Shown one piece after another: positions 24,081-35,764 of a stretch of DNA of 37,387 nucleotides. Origin of the DNA: Hyphochytrium catenoides. Taxonomy: Eukaryota > Protista > Hyphochytriomycota. The position numbers were made by a program, and so were the translations under genes. Below the pieces are notes generated by a model. It did not search any database. It was not told where the DNA came from and worked only from the letters and a program-made list of their open reading frames with translations. Positions within the stretch are counted from its first letter, which is position 1, and every line of letters starts with the position of its first letter. The stretch is from assembly GCA_900088475.1 (NCBI GenBank), contig FLMG01003845.1, forward strand, positions 1 through 37,387, read 5' to 3'.

Positions 24081-27000
24081 ATGGACCCTCTCTCTGTGCA
24101 GTTTAGCAAACGGGAGGAAGAGAAAAGAAGCCATGACGACGAAGACAACGAGGCACGAATGGCGTTCTTGGCCCTGCGGCCCGTCTGCATATCTCTAATG
24201 AAAGCCATAGCGAGTCAGAGTCCGAAGGCCATAGTTTCCCACCTTCAAAGTATGACCAGAGATATGGAGGAGATCACTCCGTCTGGCCTGAATCACTGCG
24301 CTGAGTACGTTCTTCTTCCTCTGCTGGAGGCGCTGAAGCTTCGTCAGTTCGCCGACGTGCTGGAGAGCTGCCTGCTGTGCATCCTCAGGCTCCTTGCTAG
24401 GATCGGGCCAATGAGGAACCCCAAGAGTGCATTGCCTGTGATATATAGGTGCGCCGTCCCTCTTTCTGTAAGTCCTTGCCCTTTGTCCCCTCTCTTCCAG
24501 TCTTTCTTTCTTTGTCTTTCGCTTTCTATCTTTCTTTCTGTCTCTGTCTGTCTGTCTGTCTGTCCGTGTCTCTCTTTTCTCTCTCTCCGGTCTTACTCGC
24601 CCTCGCATTGTTTATTAGTGGGAGCTCTGTCAGTGCTCGTGACAATTCGCATTTTATTCTTTAAGCTCAGCCGTTCTCTTCTCCTTTTTGCCTCTCTCTC
24701 TCTTTCTCCCGCTCGCTGGCTCAATCACTCTCTTTCTCTCAATTTTTTCTCTCCCTTCCACCTTCCTTGCTGCCTCTCCTAGCCTCTTGGACTTTCTCTC
24801 TGACGAGAAGAGAGAGCTGGCGGCAAGCACTGAAGAGCTCTGCCGCCTTTATGCCACATACTCTCTCATCGTTATGTTGGGAGAGCTCCAGGTGGACTGG
24901 TCGGCGGCAGTGGAGAAAAAAGAAGAGGTGGACGAGGAGAGGAAAGGGAAAGAGAGGGCACAATCGGAAAGAGAAGAAGAGGAGGACTTCCTGCGGGTGA
25001 CTCGGGCGTGGGAGAGAAAGAAAAGGACTATAGAATATGAACCTACGCCCCTGGGTCAGCTGCTGGCAGATCCAGAGGGAGAGCGAAGGGTTCTTCTTGG
25101 ACATCTTATTTTCACCCTCATGGAGGAGGCTGAGAAAGGACGCAACAGGTGAGCAGGCTCGACGGGTCTGGATACGTTCTTCTCTTCTCTTTCTTGCCAG
25201 CAACAATTGCTTTCATTGAGTCTCTCTAGGATGGTAATTCTCTTTCTCTATTGTCTTATCGTTCTCGTTACGTTGACCCTTTGCTTGTACGTTGCATAGC
25301 TTCTGGTGTTTCTCTCTCTGTTCCCTCTCCCTCCTTGTCCTGCTCTCTCCTCTCTTTCCTTTCTCTCGCGTGCCTCCCCTCTCACCTTGACTACTTTGCC
25401 CCTCTGCTTTCTCCCAACGTCTCTGCTCCATCATCATGAACTGTCTTTCACTCTTGATAGACAGCTCTCCGTTGCTTCTCTTCTTGCTTTGCAAGCTCTC
25501 TGTCTTTCTGTCTCGTCCTTCGAAGCCCTTGCGATGTTCCTTCCGGGCATGCTGAGCCGGTTGGGAAAGATAGCGCTTGGAGACTTTAAAAGAGGAAGTG
25601 CCATAGTTTGTGTCTCTCTCTCTGTTGTGTCTCTCTTGCTCTCTCTCCTGTTCTCCAAGGAGTCGAAGGCGCTCTTGTCGTACAGGAGAAGGGTAGGGCA
25701 GGTGCCAGACAGTCAGGAGCAAGAGACGGACGAGGAGAGGAAAAAACGATTGAGGAGCATGCTAGAAAGGGCAGTGAAAGGAGGAGACGCAGAAGAAGAG
25801 AAGAGGACAAGTGAAGAACCATTTCCTCGGCCATTTGACCCTTCCTCTAAATCTTCTACTGCGCTAGCTCTTCCATCCGTGGATCTGACGCCTGAGTGGT
25901 GGAGACTGACGGACAAAAAAATTGCCAGCCTTTTTTCTCTTCTCTCTCTTTCTCTCTCATCGAGTCCAAGCTGGACGATAAGGAAAGCGATGGCTTCTCT
26001 TTCCTCTCTTCTTCTCTCTTCTTGTACAGACACCCTCCCTTCTTCTCTCCTTCCTTCCCTCGATCTACTTGTGGAGATGGCATATGACGAAATAGATGAT
26101 GTGAGAGAGGAAGCGAGATGCACCCTGTTTCACTCTCTTCCCCTTGTCGGACCCATCCTGCCTGCGATAGAAGAGAGATTTTTGGATATAGTACTGAAGC
26201 GACTGCCTAAGTCTCTGAGGGAGGAGACAGAGGAGGGAAAGGTGGTCGGATTGGCTCATAGAGCTTGCGGTTATCTTCTTCTTCTTCAGTTCCGCGTCCA
26301 GGTACGATCAAAGATGCGAAGGAAAAGAAAGAAGTGCTATCTCCTGTTCTTTTGCACTCCTTCGGCGGCGTCCTCCCCTGAGAATAGCTGTCCCAAGGCT
26401 TTTATGTTGGTTCATTTAGTTTTAGCGCTTTCGCTCTGTGTATCTCTCTCTATCGTCTCTCCTCTCCTCTCTGTCTTTGTATCTTTGGTTTTTGCTCACT
26501 ACTCTTCTCTCTTCTCTTCTCCTCATTTTATCCTTTAGTCTCACTCTACATGCTCATGCCAAGCCCCAGCTCTGCCTCTCTCTCGAACTGTCTTCCCTCC
26601 TTTTGCTTGTATTCTTGACCCTTCGTCTCTCTATTTCCTGATTGTAGAAACTTTTCGATCTGCACATGAAAGAACTGCTTCTCGCTCTTTGTCGAGTCTT
26701 TGAGTTCGGTGCCATCGATCTACAGGTGCTGCAAGTCACCTCTCTCTCTATGGAGGAGCCATCAGAAGAGAAAGAACTGGACAAAGCGGTTCATTCTCGT
26801 CAGCCACCCAGCGAGATTCTCCAAATGAGAGACGGAGGAAGTCCGCATTCGTCCTTGTCTACATCTCTTCCCTCTTTAGAAGGGACCAGGAAGTCCCAGG
26901 CCTCTCGCTCTTGTCCCTCTTCTCCTCCAGCTTCCACCGTTCTTCCTCGTTCTAGCGATGCATACGGCTATTATCGAAAGACCATGCGTTATGTTCGAGA

Positions 27001-29413
27001 GGAGAGAACGCTTCAGGCTCTGGTGAAGCTGCCTCATCTCTTAGCGCATTTTGTGGATCTGCAGGCCCTTTCAGATGCGCTTTTAAGCTTTATTGCTGGT
27101 GAAACAGAGACTCCGATGGAGTTTCTGATGGATAATCAGAGGCTTAAAACAGCCTCACAGGACGAAGAAAGAGCGAAACGGTACAAGGTAGAAGGAGCAT
27201 TTCTTCTTTCTGAGATATTGAGGGGAGCTGCTCTGCCGGTAGAGAGTTGGCAAGTGAGTGGAGACAGTGAGGGACCTCAAAAAGTGGAACAAGGGTCAGT
27301 GTCTCTCTTCTCGTCTCTCTCTCCTGGAATGAACGTAGAGGTCGCTCGTTACATCTTGAAGTGCCTTATCTCTCTCTCCCTGTGGAGGGACGACGAAGAA
27401 GGGCCATCATCCCACTCGGCTCTCTCCTTAGTCCGGTCAGGAAGCAGAAGAAAGACTTTTGCGTCAGCAGAAGTGGAAGAAAAGAGAGAAAAGCGCAATG
27501 AAGGCTGGCAAGGAGGAGAGAAAAGAGCAACCCTCCTTGCTCTGCTTCTCGAAGCTATTGGAAATCTCTGTGAATCAGGCTTCGTTTGCCTTCTCATGGA
27601 TAAGAGAGAGAAAGAAGTAGAGGCTTGGGAGAGAGAGCTCCTGGTTCATTGTCTCTTCTTTCTTCTCGAATATGCCCACGACAGCGAAGAGAGCACCATA
27701 AGACAAGCTGCCTCCTCTTCTCTTCTCCGTCTGTCTTCCCTGTCTTCCTATTCCTCTATCGGAGAGATGCTGGGAGAGAACATGGACTATATTCTTGAAG
27801 GCATCAGCACAAGGGCCAAACTGAAGAGATATTCTGAAAGACAATCCTTTGAGAGATCTGCGCGCGCAGTGTCCAGCGCTTTAAGGTTCGCGGGGGACAT
27901 GGCAGGACCGTTGCTGAAGGATACGATCAAGATTCTCAGTGGCGCTTTGGACGATGTGGCGCTCAGGACAGGAGAGAGGGGAGAGGGAGGAAGGAGAAAG
28001 CAGGCGCACAAGGAGTCTCTCTCTCTTTTGTGGGGGATGCAGACTATCGTGAAGGCCATCGGAACGCTACATAGACAGAGATATCCAGCAGTTTATGTCA
28101 AGGCCCAGGGTAGGACGCTAGACGATCAAGAGAAAGAGAGAATCAAGGGAGAGAGTAACAAAGAAGAAGAAAGAAAGAAAGGGTGGCTTGAGAAGCTAGT
28201 CCATGAGCTGAAAGCCCTTCATCCGGACTTCTATCAGCAGGAGTGGGAGGACCAGGGGGAGGAAGAAGAAGGAGAGAAGGGAGAGAAAGAGGACCACAAT
28301 CAGGAGAAGAGAGAAGGGGAGATAGGAGAGAAAGACGACAGCGCGACGAATGAGGACGTTCTGGGCTTTGTCCTGGTAGTTGTGGAGAAGTGTTCGCTCT
28401 TTCTCTCTTCCAAGGATCTGAAGATCAAGCTGCTCTGCTTCTCTCTCCTGCGGGACTGCCTCTGGATCCTCGCAGCAGGAAGGCTAGTATCTGCCTATCA
28501 AAAGCCAATGCCAAAGGGAAGAAACAGAAGTCATGGAAGTGTGGGTACAGCTTCTTCGACTAAGGTAAGGAACGAGAATGATAAGAGAGAAATGTGGAAA
28601 ACAGAAAAAGAGTAAGGAAGAGAGAAGAAGTATGGGAGAAATACGAAGCAGAAGAAAGAGAGAGAGAAGACCAAGATACTCTTCCACTTTTTGTCTCTTG
28701 TTTCTCTCTCTTTCTCTGACTAACTGCTTCCTTTCCATTCTAGCTCGGGACGGATGAGCCTCAGGAGGAAGAGGAAGAGGAAGGAAAAGCCGATCCTCTG
28801 CTTGTCACTGCGGCGAAGCTCTGGCCGCACCTGGTCCGGCGGCTCTCTGACTCTAATCCTCTCATTACTATCGAGATCCTCTCCACAGTTGAGCTTCTTT
28901 CTCTTCTCTGCGGAGACTTTATGAGCCAAAGGATCCAATCGGACGTCTGGCCCTCGCTCTATAAGATGCTGCAGAGCTTCTCCTCCCAGCAGCCACTGAG
29001 AGAGAAAGATTCTACCTTGATCAGGAGAAAGAGACAGACACTTGACGAATTCCTCTCTCTCTCTTCGAAAGGAAGGCCTGCTCCGTGGGAGGGAGGAGGA
29101 GAGGACGAGGCGAAGTGGGAGAATAAGCTACCGAAGCTCCGTCTCCGTCTTCTTGTTTGTCTTCAGAGCCTGTGCAAGAGAAGAGAGATTGTGGCGCCAT
29201 TTGTGAGCGATCTCTGCGCTCCTCTTCTCGCATACATGCTCATGGTAAGCAGAGAGAACATAGAGAGAAGAGAGTCAGAGAGAGAGTATCTCTTTCATTA
29301 TTTTTATTGGCAGCTTCTTCTCTCTTATCAGGACTCTTTCCCAAGCTCTCTCCTATTATTCGGCTCACCTCTCCCAATGGTCGCTTTTACTTTGCTGGAT
29401 TGTCTCTTAACGG

Positions 29414-29485
<72 letters not shown>

Positions 29486-30015
29486 ATGTCGCCCCAGATA
29501 TATGTGGAAGCCGATGGGAAGGGAGAAGCCAGCAGAGAGAGAGAGATGAGCGGGAGAAAGACCGATGAGTCAGAAGGAGTAAGAGCGAGCTAGAAAGACA
29601 GAGGGAGGACGAAAGAGAAGAGTTATTGGGACCATGTTGTCCCTGTTTCTTCTTACGGCTCACTTTCACTATCTCTCTCTTTCTCTCTCTGTCCTCTCTC
29701 TCTCTCTAGGGCGACTCAAGAAAAGATCACGAGGCCATTTCCCGAATCGCTGAAGAGATATTCCTGTCTCTCCATCAGATCAACAGAGACGCGGTCTTTT
29801 TCTTTATGGCCACTGTGTCTGGCTGGAGACCGGAAAGAGAGAGAAAGGAGGGAGACAAGAGAGAGAACGTTGAGCCTGTCCTTCTCTATACCCCTCTCTC
29901 TACTTTCAGTCAGAAGCTTTCTCCTCGTGTGAGCGCCGCCTCCATGGTCTGCGGACGGGTTCTGAAGATTATTGCGGCCAAGGAGGCTGTGAACGCCTCC
30001 TCGTGGCTGACGTAA
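24081..30015 (+). CDS. TTI1: TELO2-interacting protein 1 (TTT co-chaperone, HEAT repeats), ~1432 aa, 6 exons
   Basis: Exons: 24081-24448, 24783-25148, 25461-26301, 26648-28564, 28744-29244, 29710-30015 (4299 nt, in frame). TTI1-like motifs: AFLALRPVC, EYVLLPL, FLPGMLSRLGKIALGDFKRG, ENMDYIL, LWPHLVRRL, CGDFMSQRIQSDVWP. Confidence 0.88.
29414..29484. repeat. (GA)n microsatellite in TTI1 intron 5
   Basis: Near-perfect GA run seen directly. Confidence 0.95.
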
Positions 30016-30430
30016 AGCGGTTCAACCTCTCTTTCTCTTTTCAATGAATTTCGAGAAGAGAGAGAGGAACCAAGGGAGACTTCTACCCTCTCTCGCGTTT
30101 CGTTCGGTCGTTCTTCCCAGATCTCTTGGTTCGCATGGTGCCAATTGTGGTGCTTGCGGAGAGAGTGTCGAGAAAGGTCTGGATGGGGCTGGTGGAACCT
30201 GCACGTTAAGCAACAAAATGGAAGAGAGAGAGAGAGAGAGAAAATGAGAGAAAGAAGACTGTGGATGAGCTCTAGCCAAGCCTGGCCTTTGGATCACAAC
30301 CTCGGTCTTCGAGGTCTTGCTTGGCTCGGTATAGCTTCTCTCCTGGTCTCTTTCTCTTTACTCTCTCTCTTCGTCCTCTTGCCTGGTCGCTGCAGCGTCC
30401 ATGTCTCTCTCTCCCTCGCTTCTTGCTCAT

Positions 30431-31955
30431 TTACCATTGTCCGTAGAGCTGTGCGAGGACAGCGATGGCGCTCAGTATGAAGATGACGAGGAAAAAACCG
30501 CTAAGAAACTTGTCAAGGCTGCTGGTGTCTGGCTACGGCACAGGGACGGAGGGAGAGAGAGAGAGAAGAGAGCGAGATGAGAAGAGAGAGAGGAAAGAGA
30601 GAGAGAGAGAGGCAGAGAGAGAGCAAAGTAACAGACCAACGAGCCAACATGGTTAACCGTGTGACCCTAAAGGAAAGACGGCGTAGCTGCAAACAAAGGA
30701 AGGAACGGCATCGAAAGAGAAGTTCAGCCTAAGAAGAAACTCATTATAAGGTGACCGCCTCGCAGGAGACCTTTGAGAGAAAGGAAAGAGTGAAAGAACA
30801 CAGTCAGGAAACACGGAAGAGTTACATAGGAGAGAGAGTGAAAGAGAGAGAAAGAGAGAGAGACAGACTTTAGCGAGCGAGGAGAACGAGATAGACAGAA
30901 GTTAGCCACCTCGAAGATGCCTTGCGTTCTTCCGTTACAGTCGAGAGGCCTACAAATTGTTTCTTCAAAGTACGCTGGAGAGAGAGAGAGAAAGAATAAG
31001 AGAGACGAGCAGGAGGCAGTATCACAGTGAGAAGATCAATGTTATGAAGAAAGAGAGCGAGAGACGAAAGCCAGTCAGGAGAAAGGAGAGAAGAGAATGT
31101 CAGAGAGAAAGTGAAGAGAAGCAAGGGGAGATTCCCCTGGAGCTCTCTAAGAAAATAGTGGACTGAGGAGAGGAAGCTGTAGAAACGGTACCTCGGAAGC
31201 GCTGCTGGGCAACGGTTTCGTTCTTGCAGAAGCAAGCATCGCGCAGTTTCTAGAGAGAGACACAGAGAGAGAGAGATCAGAAGCAGAGCAATTTTTATTT
31301 TTTGTCTTTGTCCTTGTCTTCTTCTCTCGTAGTACTTTCTTCGTTTTCTCTCGTTATCTTTCTCACTCTTTTACTACTTCCCTCTCTCTTCTCATCTCTC
31401 TCTGTTTCCTTTCTCTCCCTCTCTCCGTCTCCTCTCTGTCTACGGTCTCCTCTCTCTCTTCTTTATTTTCCTTCTTCTTTGATTCTACGTTCTCTCCTTC
31501 CTCCTTGTCTTACCTCCTTTGCACTCTCTTCTTCCACCTTTCTCTTTCTCTTCGCTTTCTCTCTTTCTAGTTCAAGCTCTCGTGCACTCTCTCTGTCTCT
31601 CTCTGTCTCTCTCCCATATCATCCGACGTCCTTGTGTTTCTCCCTTGAATGCGTCTCTCTCTCTCTCTCTCTCTCTCTTGGTCGGGATCTAGTTACCTTG
31701 CACTTTGCTTTGATCTGTCTCATTCTCTCTTCCCTGCATGGAAGAGAGCTCTCCGGAGAGAGAGAGCAGCCGAGGATATCGCAATAGGAAGAAAGACACA
31801 CTGGAGCGCGGTCCCCAAGCTGGGAGTGGGAGGAAGGGGAGAGAGAGTGAGTGAGAGAGGAAGAGAGAGCGAGAAAGGAAGAGAGAAAGAAGAAGAAGAA
31901 GAGAGCGAGATACAAGAGAGCGAAGGTCAAGATGTGAGGACGTTCAGAAGATAAC

Positions 31956-32016
<61 letters not shown>

Positions 32017-32880
32017 TAGAAAAGGGGAGGGAACGCAAAAGAGAGATGCGCCAGATGAGGAGGGAGAAGGAGGAAAACAGAGTGAGAGAGAGAAGGGAAA
32101 GTGCGCCTTGGGGGCAAGAAGAGAGAAGCCGGAGAGAGAGGCAGCGGCAGCGGAAGGGAAGAGAGGCAGAGACAAGTGAAAAGAGAGAGACGTGATGAGT
32201 AGATGAGAGAGAAGAGGGAGAAACAGTCACCTGTACTAGCCTCTCGCTATGTTTGTTCTGGAGATGTCTGTCCATGTAGAGCTCCGAGCGGAAGACTTTG
32301 CCACAAAGGCCACAGCGCCAATTTCCATTGAGAAGCTGTGCCTTGGATTCCTCCTGCAGAGACAGAGAGCGTCACCGAGAGAAATCCAATAGTCTTCAAA
32401 ATTGGGAAATCTTCGTCTGAGAAAGATCACAATAAAAGAGCAGATTAGATAGAGTTTTTACCTGGTCTTTATAGAGATCAAGAGAGGGAGAGAGAGGACA
32501 TCCGGGACAGAGAGAGATGCCTGACTCTTCCGCAGCCGCTAAGATCTGCAAAGGATAGAGAAATTTTGCTGTTAAGACAGAGTAGCAGAAAGAGGTAGAC
32601 AGAGGGAAGAAGAAAGAGATAATTGACGAGCGAAGAAGAGAAAAACGAAAAACGACGAGAGAGAGACGGAGAGACAGAGCCGCGCGCGAGATAGAGAAGC
32701 TCCCGCCTGTCATAATGACAAACAGCGGACTGTTATCGCGCACCAGAGAGAGAAGAGAGAGAGAGAGAAGAAGAAGATAGAGAGTAGGGAGAAAAAAGAA
32801 AAGTGGGGAGAGAAAAGAAAAGTAGGGCGAGAGAGAAAGATAGAGAGAGAGAGAGAGATACGGAGAGGTATAGAGAGATA

Positions 32881-32916
<36 letters not shown>

Positions 32917-33030
32917 TCTCAGAACCTGCTTCACTATGCGGCGGGCTTCTCTGGATCTCTCCCTCGAGCACTCGTCATGAGATAGTAAAGGAGAGAGAGA
33001 AGGAGCATCAGACGAGCCACGGCTCTCCAT
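30431..33030 (-). CDS. Cys-rich single-C2H2 zinc-finger protein with C-terminal TM helix (uncharacterised CSRERSR family), ~219 aa, 7 exons
   Basis: Exons (minus): 33030-32926, 32545-32462, 32353-32231, 31819-31697, 31249-31192, 30974-30910, 30532-30431, all GT-AG and in frame. Protein: ...CSRERSREARRIV...CPLSPSLDLYKDQEE...WRCGLCGKVFRSELYMDRHLQNKH...CLSSYCDILGC...CKKLRDACFC...ICRPLDC...FFLVIFILSAIAVLAQLY. It is not visible as one ORF in the track. The N- and C-termini are less certain. Confidence 0.8.
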
Positions 33031-33181
33031 CCTTTCTTTCCTCTCTTCTCACAATCTGCAGGCCAAAAAGCTGCCCACAGAACAGGAAGAAGACAAGAAA
33101 GAAACGGAGAAAGAGAACCAAGAGAGAGAGAGAGAAAATCGGAAGAGCAGCTGCCGAGTGACGGAAAAGATATATAATAAG

Positions 33182-33184
<3 letters not shown>

Positions 33185-33238
<54 letters not shown>

Positions 33239-33429
33239 AGAGTCGTCTTCATAGATCCTCTTCCTCTCTGTTTCCCTCTGTCGAACAAGAGGAAGATGTC
33301 GTCAAAGGAGCTGATCCTCTCGATCATCAGAAGCCCGTCATGAAAGGTCAGAATGGGCTTACTCTCTTGCGTTTCGTGCTCCCTCACTCGCTCCCTTCTC
33401 TTCTCTCTCGTTTCTCTCTCGTTTCTCTC

Positions 33430-33472
<43 letters not shown>

Positions 33473-33504
33473 GCTCTTCTCTCTCTCTCCTTCTCTCTCA
33501 CTCT

Positions 33505-33596
<92 letters not shown>

Positions 33597-34131
33597 CGTC
33601 TTCTCTCTCTCTCTTTTTCTCTCTCTCTCTCTCTCTCACTCTCTCTCTCCCCTATTCTCTCTGTCGCCCCCTTCTCTCTCTCTCTCTCGTTCTCCCCATA
33701 TGAGTAAGCTCCTGAAGCCGCTAACGCTCATCTCGGAGTTATTTTGCTTGATCTTCATGCCGAATTTAAGGAGGAGAAGAGGAAGCGAAGATATCATAAA
33801 CGTGTGTACTTAACTTCTAATTTCGGGATTGTGGCGCTAACTCTATAGACAAATAGCAGTAGTCAGACTATTTTAATGCTCTCTAGAATAGGTACCGAAA
33901 ATGAACCTCTTATCAAGAAGGATTGGAGGGTGCAGATTGGTCACTGGCTAGTGTGTCTTCAGAAAGGAAAAAGACAACGAAAATGAGAGAGAGAGGAAGA
34001 GAGAGAAAGGGAGAGAGAGAGAGGGAGAGGGAGAGAGGGAGANNNNNNNNNNNNNNNNNNNNNNNNNNNNNNNNNNNNNNGAGAGAGAGAGAGAGAGAGA
34101 GAGCGAGCGCGAGAGAAAGAGAGAGAGAGAG
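33185..34131. repeat. Compound microsatellite block: (GA)n 33185-33236, (CT)n ~33400-33690, (GA)n ~33983-34131, including an assembly gap (N, 34043-34080)
   Basis: Seen directly. It lies between the divergent zinc-finger and TIM13 genes. Confidence 0.95.
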
Positions 34132-34272
34132 AGGTTATTGTTGCACGAGCGACGCATTATTTTTGAAGCTCCAGACGGCGATAGCGAAACCTCATAAGCC
34201 CCACAAACTTTCCCCGGCCCAGCCAGACTCAAGAGCATCAGACTCATCCTACCTCCATAATCTAAGGACAAG

Positions 34273-35287
34273 ATGGTCAACGCGGCGGAGCAAGAACAGA
34301 TGATCGATCGCGTGAGTTCCCCTGTGTGCCTTAACCCCAAGCACCATTTGTCTCGCCGAGATTCCCTTGAACTCTCGCTTGCGGATGTCTCTCTATGTCT
34401 TCACGTCGATGTGGAGGCTTCTTTCTCTTTCTCCATCACAGTTGTCGGGGTGTCTGATTCTTTCTCTCTCTATGTATATCTATTCCTCCTGTTCTTTGTG
34501 TCCTTTCTGGCTCCCCATCCCTTTTTCTGTCTCTCGTTGATATCAGCCTCTCGCCTCGTTTCCTCTCTTCTTTCTCTCTCTCTCTCCCTCTCTTCTCTTC
34601 TCTCCTCTTCCTTACCTCTCTGTCCGCTCATTTCCTTTCTCCCTGTAAGCCACTTCTCTTTCCTCCTCTGTGTTCAAGCTCTTTTTCTCCTAACTGACCT
34701 GCGTTCCCCTCACTTACTCCCTCTCTCTCTCTCTCTCTCTCTCTTGACCCCTGTTGGACCCATCACTCTCACGTGATCTGTAGTTAAGAAGCGACATTCA
34801 GGCCCAAGCCATGCAGGAGCTGTTCCAGGTACAGATTCCCTTCTCCTGTCCACTTCTTCTCTCTCTCTCTTTCTCCTTCCTCTGTCTCGCCTTTCCCTTT
34901 CGTCTGTTCGTCACAATCTCTTCCTCTTCCCATTGACTTTCTCTTTTGAAGCTGTTCTTGCTTTTCTCTCTCGTCTCCTTTTTCCATTTCTCCTCGCAAG
35001 TGTGTGTCTTGTGCCTCTCTCTCCCCTCTCCTCACCTCTCTCTCTCCTCTCCTCACCTCTCTCTCTCTTTCTTTCCTCGCTCTTTTGCACGCCCTCGCTT
35101 TCTGGACCTTGTCCTCATCTCTCTCTCTCTTTCCTTCTAGAAAATCAGTGAGAAGTGCTTCCATAAGTGCATCACGAAGCCTGGGAGCAAGCTGGAGTCT
35201 AAGGAGCAGACCTGCCTGGCGATGTGTATGGACAGATACGTGGAGACCATGCAGGTCGTCACAGAGGCGATGATGAACAAGAACAAG
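34273..35287 (+). CDS. TIM13: Mitochondrial intermembrane-space small TIM chaperone Tim13 (C-terminal end unresolved)
   Basis: Exons 34273-34311, 34784-34828 and 35141-35287 give MVNAAEQEQMIDRLRSDIQAQAMQELFQKISEKCFHKCITKPGSKLESKEQTCLAMCMDRYVETMQVV. Twin CX3C motif and Tim13-type CLAMCMDRY. A probable donor follows at 35288, but I could not place the last exon. Confidence 0.9.
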
Positions 35288-35730
35288 GTTCGCTCTTCTC
35301 TCCTCTCGCGTTCCTCTCTCTTTCTTTCTGTCTCTCTCTCTCTGTCCCCCGTTCTCTGTCTTCGCCACTTGCCTCATTATCACGTCCTTCCGCCCTCTCT
35401 CTCTCCTCGTACCACAGGATCTAAGTGGACTTGTCCATTTACCTGCTTTTCTATTCTTCATCGTTTTTGACTTCTTCTTCTCTCTATAACCTCTTCTTCT
35501 TCTATTTCCCGACTGGCCAAACATCTGCAGCGTCTTCCAGTCTCTTCTGTCAGGATCATTTCTTTTCCATTGTTAACTTCTCTTCGCCTTTCTGAGTTCC
35601 CTATCTTCTTCTTCTGAGTGACCGTTGGGCCTGCTAAGGCTTACTGACTGTTCTACGCCGGGTTCTCTCTCTATGTCGCTCATTCATCTTCTTTCTTCTC
35701 TTGGTCTGTCGTTGTCTACCTCGAATGCTT

Positions 35731-35764
<34 letters not shown>

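Noticed and set aside
33031-33260. In-frame TGA (33049-33051) upstream of the zinc-finger ATG as selenocysteine or readthrough giving a signal peptide
   Set aside because: The upstream 'hydrophobic' sequence is CT-microsatellite translation ending in an acceptor-like ctgcag. No Cys-aligned context or SECIS seen.
29328-34340. Many track ORFs with RERERE or SLSLSL runs (e.g. 33049-33639, 33340-33813, 31302-31787)
   Set aside because: These are translations of (GA/CT)n microsatellites, which lack stop codons. They fall in introns or intergenic DNA of the gene models.
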